Positions 25,038-37,074 of a DNA stretch of 48,413 nucleotides are shown here, piece by piece. The DNA comes from Octopus bimaculoides. Taxonomy: Eukaryota. Position 1 is the stretch's first letter; every line of letters starts with the position of its first letter. Under the pieces are notes generated by a model. It did not search any database and was not told the origin of the DNA. It saw nothing but the letters and a program-made list of their open reading frames with translations. The position numbers and the translations under genes were made by a program. The stretch spans positions 4,115,433 through 4,163,845 of the forward strand of contig NC_069005.1 in NCBI RefSeq assembly GCF_001194135.2, in the 5' to 3' direction.

Positions 25038-26770
25038 CATGCATATATGTGTAAGTGAAATAGATATATGTGTATAATGTGTATATATATATGTGTGTCT
25101 GTGTGTGTGTGTGTGTGATATATATATTTATATAGATAAACGAAGGAGAGATAGTAGAACAATGCTGCATGGAGTGAGAAGTAAGAGGAAGTTGGAAGGG
25201 AAAGAATCCAAAGATATCAAGAAAAATATGTCAAAGAGATATCACTTGAGAAAAAAAAAGGGGAACGAATAAAAACAAAATTAAGCAGACATTCTCACAT
25301 TTTCTTCGACGGAGATGAAAAGCAATCAATCAATTTCAAGCTGAAGCATGCGCAAAACTGTTTCATGTCGCTCATGCAATGCACAAATACGTATACACAC
25401 ATGCATATGCAAAGGTCAGCAAAATGATTTAAAGATGCATGCGCATACGTATATCTCCACATATGGACACGTACACCTATTCACACAACTGCACACATAT
25501 ATCTCTTTCTTTGTTTTTCTCTGTGTGTATATATAAATACATACACACATACATATATATACATATATTTAAATATAGATACATATGTAGGTATGTACGT
25601 ATGCATATATATGTAGATAGATGATAGATAGATATGCATATATCCCTATACATGTATGTATGTAAGTGTACATAGTATACACAAACACACACACACATAC
25701 AAATATATGTAGGTGTGTGCGTGTGTTTGTGTTTGTCCGGTGTGCTTTGAAAGCACAGAGGTAATAACGAAAAAAGATTCTTAATATTTAACAAAAAAAA
25801 AAACCTCCAGAAAACAAAGGAATATTATTGTATAAACCCACCTCAATAATAATTGATGGGTGTCATTTGGGATTTGTTTATTCATTGTTTGTTTGTATAA
25901 TTGCATCTAGGTATAAATACTTCGACAGCACCTGTCTTGTTAATACTGTTTTATGAAATGCTTGGGTTGCTGACCTCTCTATGTACTGTATACACACACA
26001 CACACACACACGCACGCNNNNNNNNNNNNNNNNNNNNNNNNNNNNNNNNNNNNNNNNNNNNNNNNNNNNNNNNNNNNNNNNNNNNNNNNNNNNNNNNNNN
26101 NNNNNNNNNNNNNNNNNNNNNNNNNNNNNNNNNNNNNNNNNNNNNNNNNNNNNNNNNNNNNNNNNNNNNNNNNNNNNNNNNNNNNNNNNNNNNNNNNNNN
26201 NNNNNNNNNNNNNNNNNNNNNNNNNNNNNNNNNNNNNNNNNNNNNNNNNNNNNNNNNNNNNNNNNNNNNATATATATACAAACATATACATATAGATATA
26301 TATGTGCGTATGTATGTATGTGTATGTGCGTTTGTGAGAGTGGGTATGTGCGTTGATGTGCATCGAGCCACACCGCTTTACAAATATATTGCCGTTGGAC
26401 CCTATATCTAATGTTTATCTTATTCCGCTTCCTTATATCACAGTTTATGAATTATTCATATTTACATAAATGATGAACGAAGAAATCGAACGGATACGTG
26501 TAATAATATGTATGTATGTATGTATGTATGCATGTATGTATGTGTATGAATCTTGTGTGTATAACTATATATGTTTTCGTGTGTTAATGGGTATTTGTAC
26601 ATGATTATCTTTTTGAGTAGAACGCCTTGCGTATGTATCTTAGATTTACCTCTTTGTTATATAAACCTCGGATTTAACACTCGTTCTTATAAATCTAGAT
26701 GTGTATGAAATTTTGTACACCTGCGCGCGCGTGTATGCGTGTGTGTGTATATGTGTGTGATTTCACAAAT

Positions 26771-26946
26771 TTACAACGGGTGCTTGTGTGTTTACATCCC
26801 CGTTAGTTAACGACCAGGCAAAAGAGAACAATGAATTATAAAAGCTTAAAATCATTTTAAAGTATCTGTGCTTGTTTGCTTTACTAAATTCTTTACACGT
26901 TTGCCCCAACATGGGCGCAGTCCTATAACTAAATCAAATGAAAGAG
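26771..26946 (+). mobile_element. SINE family B 3' half, decayed
   Basis: gtgtgtttacatccccgttagttaacgaccaggcaaaagag...ggcgcagtc matches the reverse complement of 8086-8230. Confidence 0.65.
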
Positions 26947-27722
26947 AACAAATAAAAGATCGTTGTTGTCGTAGCTATTGTAGGTTAACAACATTTAGAT
27001 TCCGTTGTAGTCTCTGTTGAACCCCAGGTAATTGAACAGGAATGTAATCAAAAACAATCCTTCCCAGTAAACACCTTTTTTGATTTTTGAAAAGTCGGTG
27101 ATCAAAAGATTATTCTATGAGCCGTGGAGCACACTATCTAGCAAGGTCGAGTATGATGTAAGAATCTCTCTCTGCCCCATCACTTAGACTCTATCACTAC
27201 ATACCTGACATTCCCTTACATTTTACACTATTATACCTCTCTCTCTCTACCACCCACATTCCTTCTAACCGACACTCCTTTACTGTTTACCCTATCATCT
27301 TTTCACATGCTCATATCTTTCTCTCTCTATCACCCTCACCTCTCCATTCCTACTATCAAATTTTCTTGACTAACCACTAAGTAGTACACTTTCCCTCTCT
27401 TCATCTCTTTATTATCTCTCTCCTTGCATTTCTTTTTTTTTTTCTTTTTTCTGTTTTTTTTTTCGTTATTCCTCTCTTTCTGTTTTCAATTTGACCTTAG
27501 AAATACATTTCGCTACTTTTAGGACACTTTTAGGTCACTTTAAATAAAACTCTCGATTCAATAGCACTATGTACAGGGAATGACCAATTTTAAATACTAT
27601 TTAAATACTATTACTCACAAGGTATTGGAATCTTATATGTATACCATTCTGCCTAAATAATGGATCTACAGATATCTCACATCTATTTTCATTCCTCCAC
27701 TTCACTCTCTATTTCATATCTT

Positions 27723-27804
<82 letters not shown>

Positions 27805-28469
27805 CGTGTGTAATAAGTACACATGTGTGCATGTATTAGATACATCCTACTAGACAGCTCAGCAGAATATACTTGGAATATTGTGACAGCAACATGAAAT
27901 TCCATGCATTAAAATAGACAGGAAATAGACTAAGTGTAATTAATTATTTAGTTAAATAATTGCAACATATTAAGCATTTGACCCCATGCGAACACCTGCA
28001 ATGCAATTGTCACTCAAATACGTAGGATCTATTATCCTATTTTCTCCAATTCAGATGTAATGCACTATAGAATGTTCATGCATATATAAATACGCACAGA
28101 TATTTATACATGAGAACACACACACATATATTGTGAAGAAAAGCAGCGACTACGCTCACCTTTCATAATATTCAAAACATCCAATAGGTAAAACTATAAA
28201 TCTGTTATAGAATTACCTGAATAGCTGACAATTGTACTTATTATCCAATGACTTTCAGCGGAACTATGTTTGTGAAATGTATTGCCAAGGAAGTAATTTT
28301 TCAAACCGTCCTTCTTTTTTTCAAGCAGTTTCATGTATATATTGACAGCTTTCTACGTTTATATGACATCTTATGAGCATTAGGCTTTAGTGAGAAATGT
28401 ATGTCTGTATGTACATATACATATGCACATACATGTGTATATATATGTATACATATGTATATACATGTA

Positions 28470-28514
<45 letters not shown>

Positions 28515-28764
28515 NNNNNNNNNNNNNNNNNNNNNNNNNNNNNNNNNNNNNNNNNNNNNNNNNNNNNNNNNNNNNNNNNNNNNNNNNNNNNNNNNNNNNN
28601 NNNNNNNNNNNNNNNNNNNNNNNNNNNNNNNNNNNNNNNNNNNNNNNNNNNNNNNNNNNNNNNNNNNNNNNNNNNNNNNNNNNNNNNNNNNNNNNNNNNN
28701 NNNNNNNNNNNNNNNNNNNNNNNNNNNNNNNNNNNNNNNNNNNNNNNNNNNNNNNNNNNNNNNN

Positions 28765-28807
<43 letters not shown>

Positions 28808-30013
28808 TACACTAACAAACTGGTGTGATATCATTCTATAAATATTCTTCGGCGTCCTTAAATGCAGAGCGTAGCATGAAATTAATTAAATGACGAATGA
28901 AGAATTATTGCAGAATTAAATTCATCAGGTTACAGCTATTGCTGCTATAAGACATATTGAACTCAGAGCCGAGAGCTTGTGTCATCCTCGGTGATGTAAA
29001 ATGAATGGCATGTATATAGATAGATATTTATATACCTACATACCTACATACATATGTATATTTATGTGTGTACGTGTGTGTGAATATGTTTGTTTGCCTA
29101 TACGTAATTGCTGTCAATTCCAGTATAGAAAAGTTAATAACCATATAATTTGTTATATTTGCAAATTGTAAATAAGTTACAGTAACTGCTGGACAGATTT
29201 ATTTTAATAGCGATTTCTTTGATCGAATGATTTTGTATTTAAACCGGTATTCAACCTTTATTTTGTTTTCTCTATGTTTCTCTACAACACATTTTTCACG
29301 TCAGTAATGTCGCTTCATCGCTTCATATTGATAAAAAAAAATACATCTTAAAGAAAGTGTGGAACATGTGATTACTTTAAAGCAGCACAATTGCTAAAGC
29401 TATTTGTTTAACTAACCAATTATTTTCACCCTTTGACTTTCCAAAACTGAGTACGATTTCTTGTGCAACTTCAGCTCCAAACATCTAAAGGTAAACTTAA
29501 CATACAACTTGCACAATATATATTTGTATGATGTTCTCTTTATAAAACAAATAATTTTCCTTCTAGTTTCACTTTCCATTACAGCTTCAAAGATTTCGAG
29601 AATATTCATTGCTTACTTTACTTGAGAGAGCAAACTGCTGGAGTATCAAAACTTGCTTGTTTTTATTCCTGAAATTATTTATGATCGTCAAATCGGTTGA
29701 AGTATGTTTGTGCATATTTTAGACTTCATCTACATCATTTCGTTTAATCGTGCATGAAAGAGGGGTCCGTTATGGAGAATGGACAGCATCAATGCGGGAT
29801 AAAGCAAGAATGTCTACAGTTAAAATCATTGATCGAAAAACAATGGTGGGAATAGCTGAAAATATTCTATTGTTTTGTTTTGTGTTTCTGTTTGCTTTTC
29901 AAATTCTTTGAACACAAACCCTAAAATTAGGTCATTTCTTTCCACTTGCGATATCTTAATTCAAAAGTATAGCACGTTCTTGCATGCTCTTTATTGTAAA
30001 ACCGTTATTGTCA

Positions 30014-30048
<35 letters not shown>

Positions 30049-30505
30049 AATATGAGGGGCTTTGGTCGACCGTTAGGTTCCAAGATCACGGCTGAAGCTG
30101 GATCTAGGGATCCGTACTAGAGTTTCGTTATNNNNNNNNNNNNNNNNNNNNNNNNNNNNNNNNNNNNNNNNNNNNNNNNNNNTATATATATATATATATA
30201 TAGATATAGATACATACATATACACAATTGCTTAATATTTCTTTCAACGTAAAATTGATGATAGACATCAATTGAATGCTATGTTAACCATGTTGACACC
30301 ATGAGGGACAAGATATCCGAACTAACGACTTCAGAAGGACTGACATTTTGGCTCACAGCCATTCTTTCCGACGGTAATTGAACGGCACACATTGGTCAGC
30401 TGTGTGGTCTTCTCCCAAAGTGGGACATCATTAACATGGGATAAAATTCGCCATCACTCTTAATTTTATCAGCAGCAATACTACATCTATTAATGCGAAT
30501 GCTAA

Positions 30506-30533
30506 TGCTGCTGCCGCTGCTGCTGCTGCTGCG

Positions 30534-30577
<44 letters not shown>

Positions 30578-30622
30578 AAAAACAATATCCACAACAGTAG
30601 CAGCTGTAGCAACAGCAACAAC

Positions 30623-30686
<64 letters not shown>
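30506..30686. repeat. Compound trinucleotide microsatellite (GCT)n-(ACT)n-(ACA/GCA)-(AAT)n
   Basis: Read directly; source of the poly-Y/poly-S ORF 30396-30695. Confidence 0.95.
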
Positions 30687-30847
30687 GGAAGACATAGATT
30701 TGATTAGGCTTGCTTTTAAGTTTATATGTAGAATTTTAACTAAATTTAGAGACGCTTTTGTATCGTGTTATATTTTGCTTCTATTTAGATGCTATTGTTT
30801 CTGGCTTTCTTTATCAATTTAAATTGTTTTGGAAAACTACGAGATGA

Positions 30848-31004
30848 AGAATGAGAGAAAGAGAGAGAGAGAAAGAGAGATAGGGAGAGAGAGAAAGAAA
30901 GTGAGAGAGGGAGAACGAAGGACAAAGTCGGATTAAAAGAGAGAGATGGAAACAGCCAGAGAGGAGTGAAGATCAGAGATAGGAGGATGGACAGGGAGAG
31001 AGAG

Positions 31005-31043
<39 letters not shown>

Positions 31044-31059
31044 TTAAGGGAGAGAGAGC
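30848..31059 (+). repeat. GA-rich complex repeat, left copy of an inverted pair
   Basis: Its reverse complement is near-identical to 34811-35046, including the unique core ggacaaagtcggattaaaagagagagatggaaacagccagagaggagtgaagatcagagataggaggatggacaggg. Confidence 0.9.
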
Positions 31060-32327
31060 ATGCGTGTTTGCAAGTGCAATTTTAACGTGTTGATTCGTAA
31101 TATAATTTTTAAACAGTGAACTTTTATAGAAGACAATGCTATTTCACAAATTTATTGTTTACATAATAGGCTGTTTATTCACTTTCTGTTTTCCATAGAA
31201 CTAAATTTACTTGGCATTTGCAGTACATGTACTGAAGAAACATCTGCAAAGAATCGGGGGAATAAATATTATTGAAATCTAGTTTAATTTTACACGTTGT
31301 CCTTCTGCTCTTGCTATTGTCTTACTGGTGGTTTTGGTTGTTGTTTTTAGCAAGGTAAGCACACACCGAGAATTTTCCATTGAGACGACGTTATTCTTAT
31401 TAGCATTTAACCCTCGGTTAAAATTGATTATACATATCGATTATCACAATACTTTTTTTACCAAATGGAGAAGGATTTAACAGCTCTTTTTGGAACATGA
31501 AGTAATTAAATAGAAACTATTTGCTAACATAATTGAATAAATTAAAAACAATTCAAATCATTATTATCGTCACTCCTGAAGGATGTCGAAATCCGAACAT
31601 GTGTAATCACGTTTAACGTCTACAAAAGATGCACCTGAAATTTGGGGTTTCTATTCTGCTCTAAGAGAATACTACTATATTTGATCCCCCTTCATATATA
31701 TCTTACATGAAACAAAAAATATTATGGTTATATTACGAAAAATCCCTTATATCAAAGATTTATTTTAGATNNNNNNNNNNNNNNNNNNNNNNNNNNNNNN
31801 NNNNNNNNNNNNNNNNNNNNNNNNNNNNNNNNNNNNNNNNNNNNNNNNNNNNNNNNNNNNNNNNNNNNNNNNNNNNNNNNNNNNNNNNNNNNNNNNNNNN
31901 NNNNNNNNNNNNNNNNNNNNNNNNNNNNNNNNNNNNNNNNNNNNNNNNNNNNNNNNNNNNNNNNNNNNNNNNNNNNNNNNNNNNNNNNNNNNNNNNNNNN
32001 NNNNNNNNNNNNNNNNNNNNNNNNNNNNNNNNNNNNNNNNNNNNNNNNNNNNNNNNNNNNNNNNNNNNNNNNNNNNNNNNNNNNNNNNNNNNNNNNNNNN
32101 NNNNNNNNNNNNNNNNNNNNNNNNNNNNNNNNNNNNNNNNNNNNNNNNNNNNNNNNNNNNNNNNNNNNNNNNNNNNNNNNNNNNNNNNNNNNNNNNNNNN
32201 NNNNNNNNNNNNNNNNNNNNNNNNNNNNNNNNNNNNNNNNNNNNNNNNNNNNNNNNNNNNNNNNNNNNNNNNNNNNNNNNNNNNNNNNNNNNNNNNNNNN
32301 NNNNNNNNNNNNNNNNNNNNNNNNNNN

Positions 32328-32462
32328 GCCAGCCTTGTCACACTCTGTGTCACGCTGAATCTCCCCGAGAACAGCTTTAAGGCTACAAGTGTGCGTGGAG
32401 TGCTCAGCCACTGGCACGTTAATTTCATCAGCAGGCTATTCCGTTGATCGGATCAACTGCAA
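32328..32462 (+). mobile_element. SINE family C 3' part (5' end hidden in gap)
   Basis: cagccttgtcacactctgtgtcacgctgaatctccccgagaac...ttccgttgatcggatcaactg matches 13618-13746. Confidence 0.88.
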
Positions 32463-33338
32463 CAATACGAGTATTCGTAGGGAAGACTAGGGCTTAATTT
32501 GTCTGCTACACTTCTTGTGTCAATTTCAGTCACGTGGTTGTTTACATATACATGCATAGATGCATGCATACATACATACATACAAACATGCATACGTACA
32601 TAAATACATACATTACCACGCAGTGGAACGGAACCCATGACCATATTATTATGGAGCGAGTTTCCTCACAAACAGCCATTTCTACGCCCAATGTTGATTT
32701 TATACAAATACATTATGTCTAAAATACGATGGGAATGTCACGGCTGGAATGCCGAGAGCTGCTCATTTATTAACAATAACAGCACAACAATTACGCTTAC
32801 AATAGCCATCATTTATACATTCATGAGCTAAATCCAATATAGGAAATCAATGGTAGGAAATATACCAATGTATGTAGAATAAAAGGTCTATTTATTCGAT
32901 GTTATAGATGTTGGAAACTGGTTCTGAGTGTATTCAAATAGAAATCAATAGAAGTGAATGGATGTGAGAAACGTCGTTATGTAAGAGATAGACTTCCGGT
33001 GTGTATGTGTGTTTGGTTTCTAAACTGAATGAAGACAAATCCCATTATATTAATTGGACTAATATCAATTACTACAGCTTTAGAGTCAAATATATTTAAG
33101 CGTGCATACATAAATACATACATAAGTATAACTGTATATGCGTATATAAACATGTATGCATGTGTGTATGCATGACGTATGTATGCATGCATGAACGTAG
33201 TATGTATGCATGTATGTATTGATTGATAATTAGCTAGATAGCTAGATAGATAGATAGAGAGAGATAGATAAAGCCACACATTTATATGAACATTTATTTT
33301 CATTTTTCCCGCTCAGTCTCTCTCTCTCTCTCTCTCTC

Positions 33339-33377
<39 letters not shown>

Positions 33378-33656
33378 NNNNNNNNNNNNNNNNNNNNNNN
33401 NNNNNNNNNNNNNNNNNNNNNNNNNNNNNNNNNNNNNNNNNNNNNNNNNNNNNNNNNNNNNNNNNNNNNNNNNNNNNNNNNNNNNNNNNNNNNNNNNNNN
33501 NNNNNNNNNNNNNNNNNNNNNNNNNNNNNNNNNNNNNNNNNNNNNNNNNNNNNNNNNNNNNNNNNNNNNNNNNNNNNNNNNNNNNNNNNNNNNNNNNNNN
33601 NNNNNNNNNNNNNNNNNNNNNNNNNNNNNNNNNNNNNNNNNNNNNNNNNNNNNNTA

Positions 33657-33971
33657 TATAAAAGATAATAAGAGTGAAAAAACTACAGAAGGCTTGTGTT
33701 ACATGGTTAAAGTATATATTTAAATTATGTCAGAAAAATGAAATGTTAGAAAAATGTTATAAAATCTTTTTGGTATATAAACATTGTATTTTGAGAAATA
33801 ACCGGTTTCGTGTTGTCTTTTTCGTGTTGTCAAATTTCTCTACTTCATTGTAACGTGTTCGCTCCAGATTTTATAACATTTTTCTAACATTTTTCTGACA
33901 TAATCTAAATATATACTTTAACCATGTAACACAAGCCTTCTGTAGTTTTTTCACTCTTATTATCTTTTATA
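33657..33971. mobile_element. Palindromic (foldback/MITE-like or Penelope-derived) element
   Basis: Arms 33657-33767 and 33866-33971 are reverse complements with 1 mismatch and one 5-bp indel; about 98-bp spacer; TA-rich flanks. Confidence 0.8.
33793..33840 (-). ncRNA. Relic type I hammerhead in the palindrome spacer
   Basis: Minus: GAGAAAT TTGACAA [17 nt] GAAA CCGG T T ATTTCTC. Perfect 7-bp stem I in exact register and palindromic stem III ACCGGT; core C3 and G8 mutated; stem II disrupted by a 12-nt direct duplication. Confidence 0.35.
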
Positions 33972-34007
33972 CATCCAACCACGTGCTTTCACATACCAAC
34001 TTTCTCA

Positions 34008-34042
<35 letters not shown>

Positions 34043-34210
34043 GTTTATATATTTGTTTTGCAAGATTTTTTATGTGAAATCGTGTGTTGAAACAGATATT
34101 GTTGTATTTGGGGATGGTCATGTTGCCAGTTTAGCCAATAAAAAAACACACACTATATATTTGTCGCCAATTTGCTTCAGCTTTATTTTACATTACATTA
34201 AACGTATTTC

Positions 34211-34255
34211 AGCCAGAGTTCTTTCGTCACACTTCTGTGACCTCATCAGTGGTCC
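34211..34255 (-). ncRNA. Minimal type I hammerhead ribozyme candidate
   Basis: Minus: GGACCA CUGAUGA G-GUCACA gaag UGUGAC GAAA GAAC UC UGGCU. Complete core, 6-bp stem II (one extra G), 2-bp stem III, CUC cleavage triplet, stem I CCA/UGG plus a G-U pair. Confidence 0.6.
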
Positions 34256-34324
34256 TTTGCTTTCTTCTTTCCTATTTGTTTGTCTTTCCGTACTAACGAT
34301 CAGCCATTTTGTCTTCCTATGATA

Positions 34325-34805
34325 GGAATAATGCAGGTAAGAACATATATAATAAGTGATAAAGAGTATGATGTGATATTAGAAGAGCTGAAAACAAAAA
34401 GTAGTAGCAAAGAAAGCAAAACTGGAACGATAGGACAATAGAAAAAGACAGTTCAGGCAAAAGAGATTGTTGAAGCAAATCAGAAGAAAGTGTCTCAGGA
34501 ACTAGATGGGCAAATACACGTAACAATGGTACCAGATGCAGAGGAAAGCAAGGCATTCCGAAGAGGGATCTGGGACCAACCTGTAGAGCATAATGATGAT
34601 GCGGAGTGACTACATGATATCCAAGTCGAAATTTAGAAGTCGAAGAAGACATAAAGATAACTACAGAAATAATTTTAAAAAAAGTTAAGAAAATTCCCCA
34701 ATTAGAAGAGCCCAGGACCGGATGGAGACCAAGGTTATTTGGATGAAGAAACTATCAGGGCTCCATAAAAGTAAAACACAACAACTAGATAAGTGGTTGC
34801 AAGGA
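34325..34805 (+). mobile_element. Decayed R4/Dong-like non-LTR retrotransposon fragment, up to the RT start
   Basis: Frameshifted translation: VILEEL/KQKVVAKKAKLER*DNRKRQFRQKRL/EANQKKVSQELDG..VPDAEESKAFRRGIWDQPVEHNDDAE*L../IKITTEIILKKVKKIP/N*KSPGPDGDQGY/WMKKLSGLHKS..QQLDKWLQ. NWK.PGPDG.QG.W.KKL is typical of RLE-clade RT starts. Confidence 0.85.
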
Positions 34806-34810
34806 AGCAG

Positions 34811-34856
34811 GCTCTCTCTCCCTTAATCTCTCTCCCTTAATCTCTCTCCCTTAATC

Positions 34857-34887
<31 letters not shown>

Positions 34888-35046
34888 CTCTCTCTCCCTG
34901 TCCATCCTCCTATCTCTGATCTTCACTCCTCTCTGGCTGTTTCCATCTCTCTCTTTTAATCCGACTTTGTCCTTCTTTCTCCCTCTCTCACTTTCTTTCT
35001 CTCTCTCTCCCTATCTCTCTTTCTCTCTCTCTCTTTCTCTCATTCT
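34811..35046 (-). repeat. GA-rich complex repeat, right (inverted) copy
   Basis: Reverse complement of 30848-31059 with one core mismatch and a triplicated cccttaatctctct unit. Confidence 0.9.
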
Positions 35047-35104
35047 ATTTGATGAATATGATAAGACGATGGTAAGAGGTGAAGATGATGAGGAGCAGAA
35101 GCAG

Positions 35105-35408
35105 GATGGTGATGACTATTTTGATGATGGTGATGGTAGTGGTAGTGGTGTTGATGATGATGACGATGATGATGACAGTGCAACAGGTGCCACTGTAGAA
35201 CTGTTGCTGCTGCTGCTGCAGCTATTGGTGGTGTTGCTACATTTCATAATGATGTTGATGACGACGACGACGACGACCACGACGACGACCACGACCACCA
35301 CGACAACGACGACGACCACGACGATGATGATGATGATGATGATGACGATGACGATGATGATGATGATGATGATGACAAGGACGATGACGACGACGACGTC
35401 GACGATCA
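35105..35408. repeat. Compound trinucleotide microsatellite (GAT/GGT/GCT/GAC)n
   Basis: Read directly; source of the poly-D/T/M ORF. Confidence 0.92.
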
Positions 35409-36083
35409 TGGCAAGAACTTTTAAAATGTGTAATTCTGAGGGATGATAACGNNNNNNNNNNNNNNNNNNNNNNNNNNNNNNNNNNNNNNNGAGCCTAAAG
35501 ACATGCAAAGTTTTACGTATATGTGTGTATGTTTGTGTGTGTACGTATGTGTGTGTGTGGGGGGGGGGTCACGTGTGCGTTTGATGTGTGTGACTGAAAG
35601 TATGTGTGATAGAATAGATTAATATATAGAGCTTATTGTGATAATAGTTGCTGAAAATGAATGAGAAAGTGGTAAGGGTTGAGGGTGAATGGAACGAAAA
35701 CAAGAATTACGAGTAGGCTATGGTTAATATTTGATCAATGAAAGACAGAAATAGACGGATCAATATGGCTACCAGAACCTTACAGAAAACACAAACAAAC
35801 CAAAGATAAAATAGCGACATAAAATAATATACGAAACAAAACTAAAATGAGAATTATAAAATAACATACACACACACACACATAGATCAACGCATACGCA
35901 TGTATATAAACACACACAAACATATATAATATATATCCATATACGAATGTATGAACATATATATAACGAAAGGAAGAAAGATAAAGAGATAAAGAGATGT
36001 GATTGGCAGAAGAAAGTATTTTATCATATTTTGCTATCTGCACGCCTATGAGGAGAGAAATACTTTATGTACCAGCTCAAAGA

Positions 36084-36090
36084 ACTACTA

Positions 36091-36186
<96 letters not shown>

Positions 36187-36230
36187 CAACAACAACAACA
36201 ACAGCAACAACAACAACGATAATAATAATA

Positions 36231-36275
<45 letters not shown>

Positions 36276-36320
36276 TTAAGGATAATATTAATGATAATAA
36301 TGATAATAATAATAATAATA
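36084..36320. repeat. Compound trinucleotide microsatellite (ACT)n-(AAT)n-(AAC)n-(AAT)-(GAT)n-(AAT)n
   Basis: Read directly. Confidence 0.95.
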
Positions 36321-37074
36321 GTATCTGAAAGAAAAAAATGCTGAATTAATAGTAAATGGCTAAATNNNNNNNNNNNNNNNNNNNNNNNNNNNNNNNNNNN
36401 NNNNNNNNNNNNNNNNNNNNNNNNNNNNNNNNNNNNNNNNNNNNNNNNNNNNNNNNNNNNNNNNNNNNNNNNNNNNNNNNNNNNNNNNNNNNNNNNNNNN
36501 NNNNNNNNNNNNNNNNNNNNNNNNNNNNNNNNNNNNNNNNNNNNNNNNNNNNNNNNNNNNNNNNNNNNNNNNNNNNNNNNNNNNNNNNNNNNNNNNNNNN
36601 NNNNNNNNNNNNNNNNNNNNNNNNNNNNNNNNNNNNNNNNNNNNNNNNNNNNNNNNNNNNNNNNNNNNNNNNNNNNNNNNNNNNNNNNNNNNNNNNNNNN
36701 NNNNNNNNNNNNNNNNNNNNNNNNNNNNNNNNNNNNNNNNNNNNNNNNNNNNNNNNNNNNTATATATATATATATATATATATATTAAAATTTCCAAGAA
36801 CCAGATGTTTGAATAGAGAAAGTACCAATGTATGATCTGTGATAGCGTTATTGTGTAAGAAGTAATACGCACTCACTAAAGTAAACACGGATGTATTCTC
36901 CCGTTATGCATGCATTCATAAGTGGTTGAATGAAGAATACACAACGCTATATCCATGTCATACATGGTTACACTCTCCTCGCCTATTACACCGGCATCTA
37001 TAGACTCCAGATCCAAACGAATTAAAGGTCCCAACTTAGGCGAAGAATAAATAATAGAAACAGGGCAGATTGTG

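Noticed and set aside
31576-31602. Plus-strand hammerhead-like CTGAA-GGAT(gtcgaa)ATCC-GAACATGT
   Set aside because: Core lacks G8/A9 and one A, and there is no stem I; at most a very old relic.
34317-34652. 111-aa minus-strand ORF
   Set aside because: Antisense shadow of the purine-rich R4-like LINE fragment.
34967-36344. Poly-D/T/M/N ORFs
   Set aside because: Translations of compound trinucleotide microsatellites.
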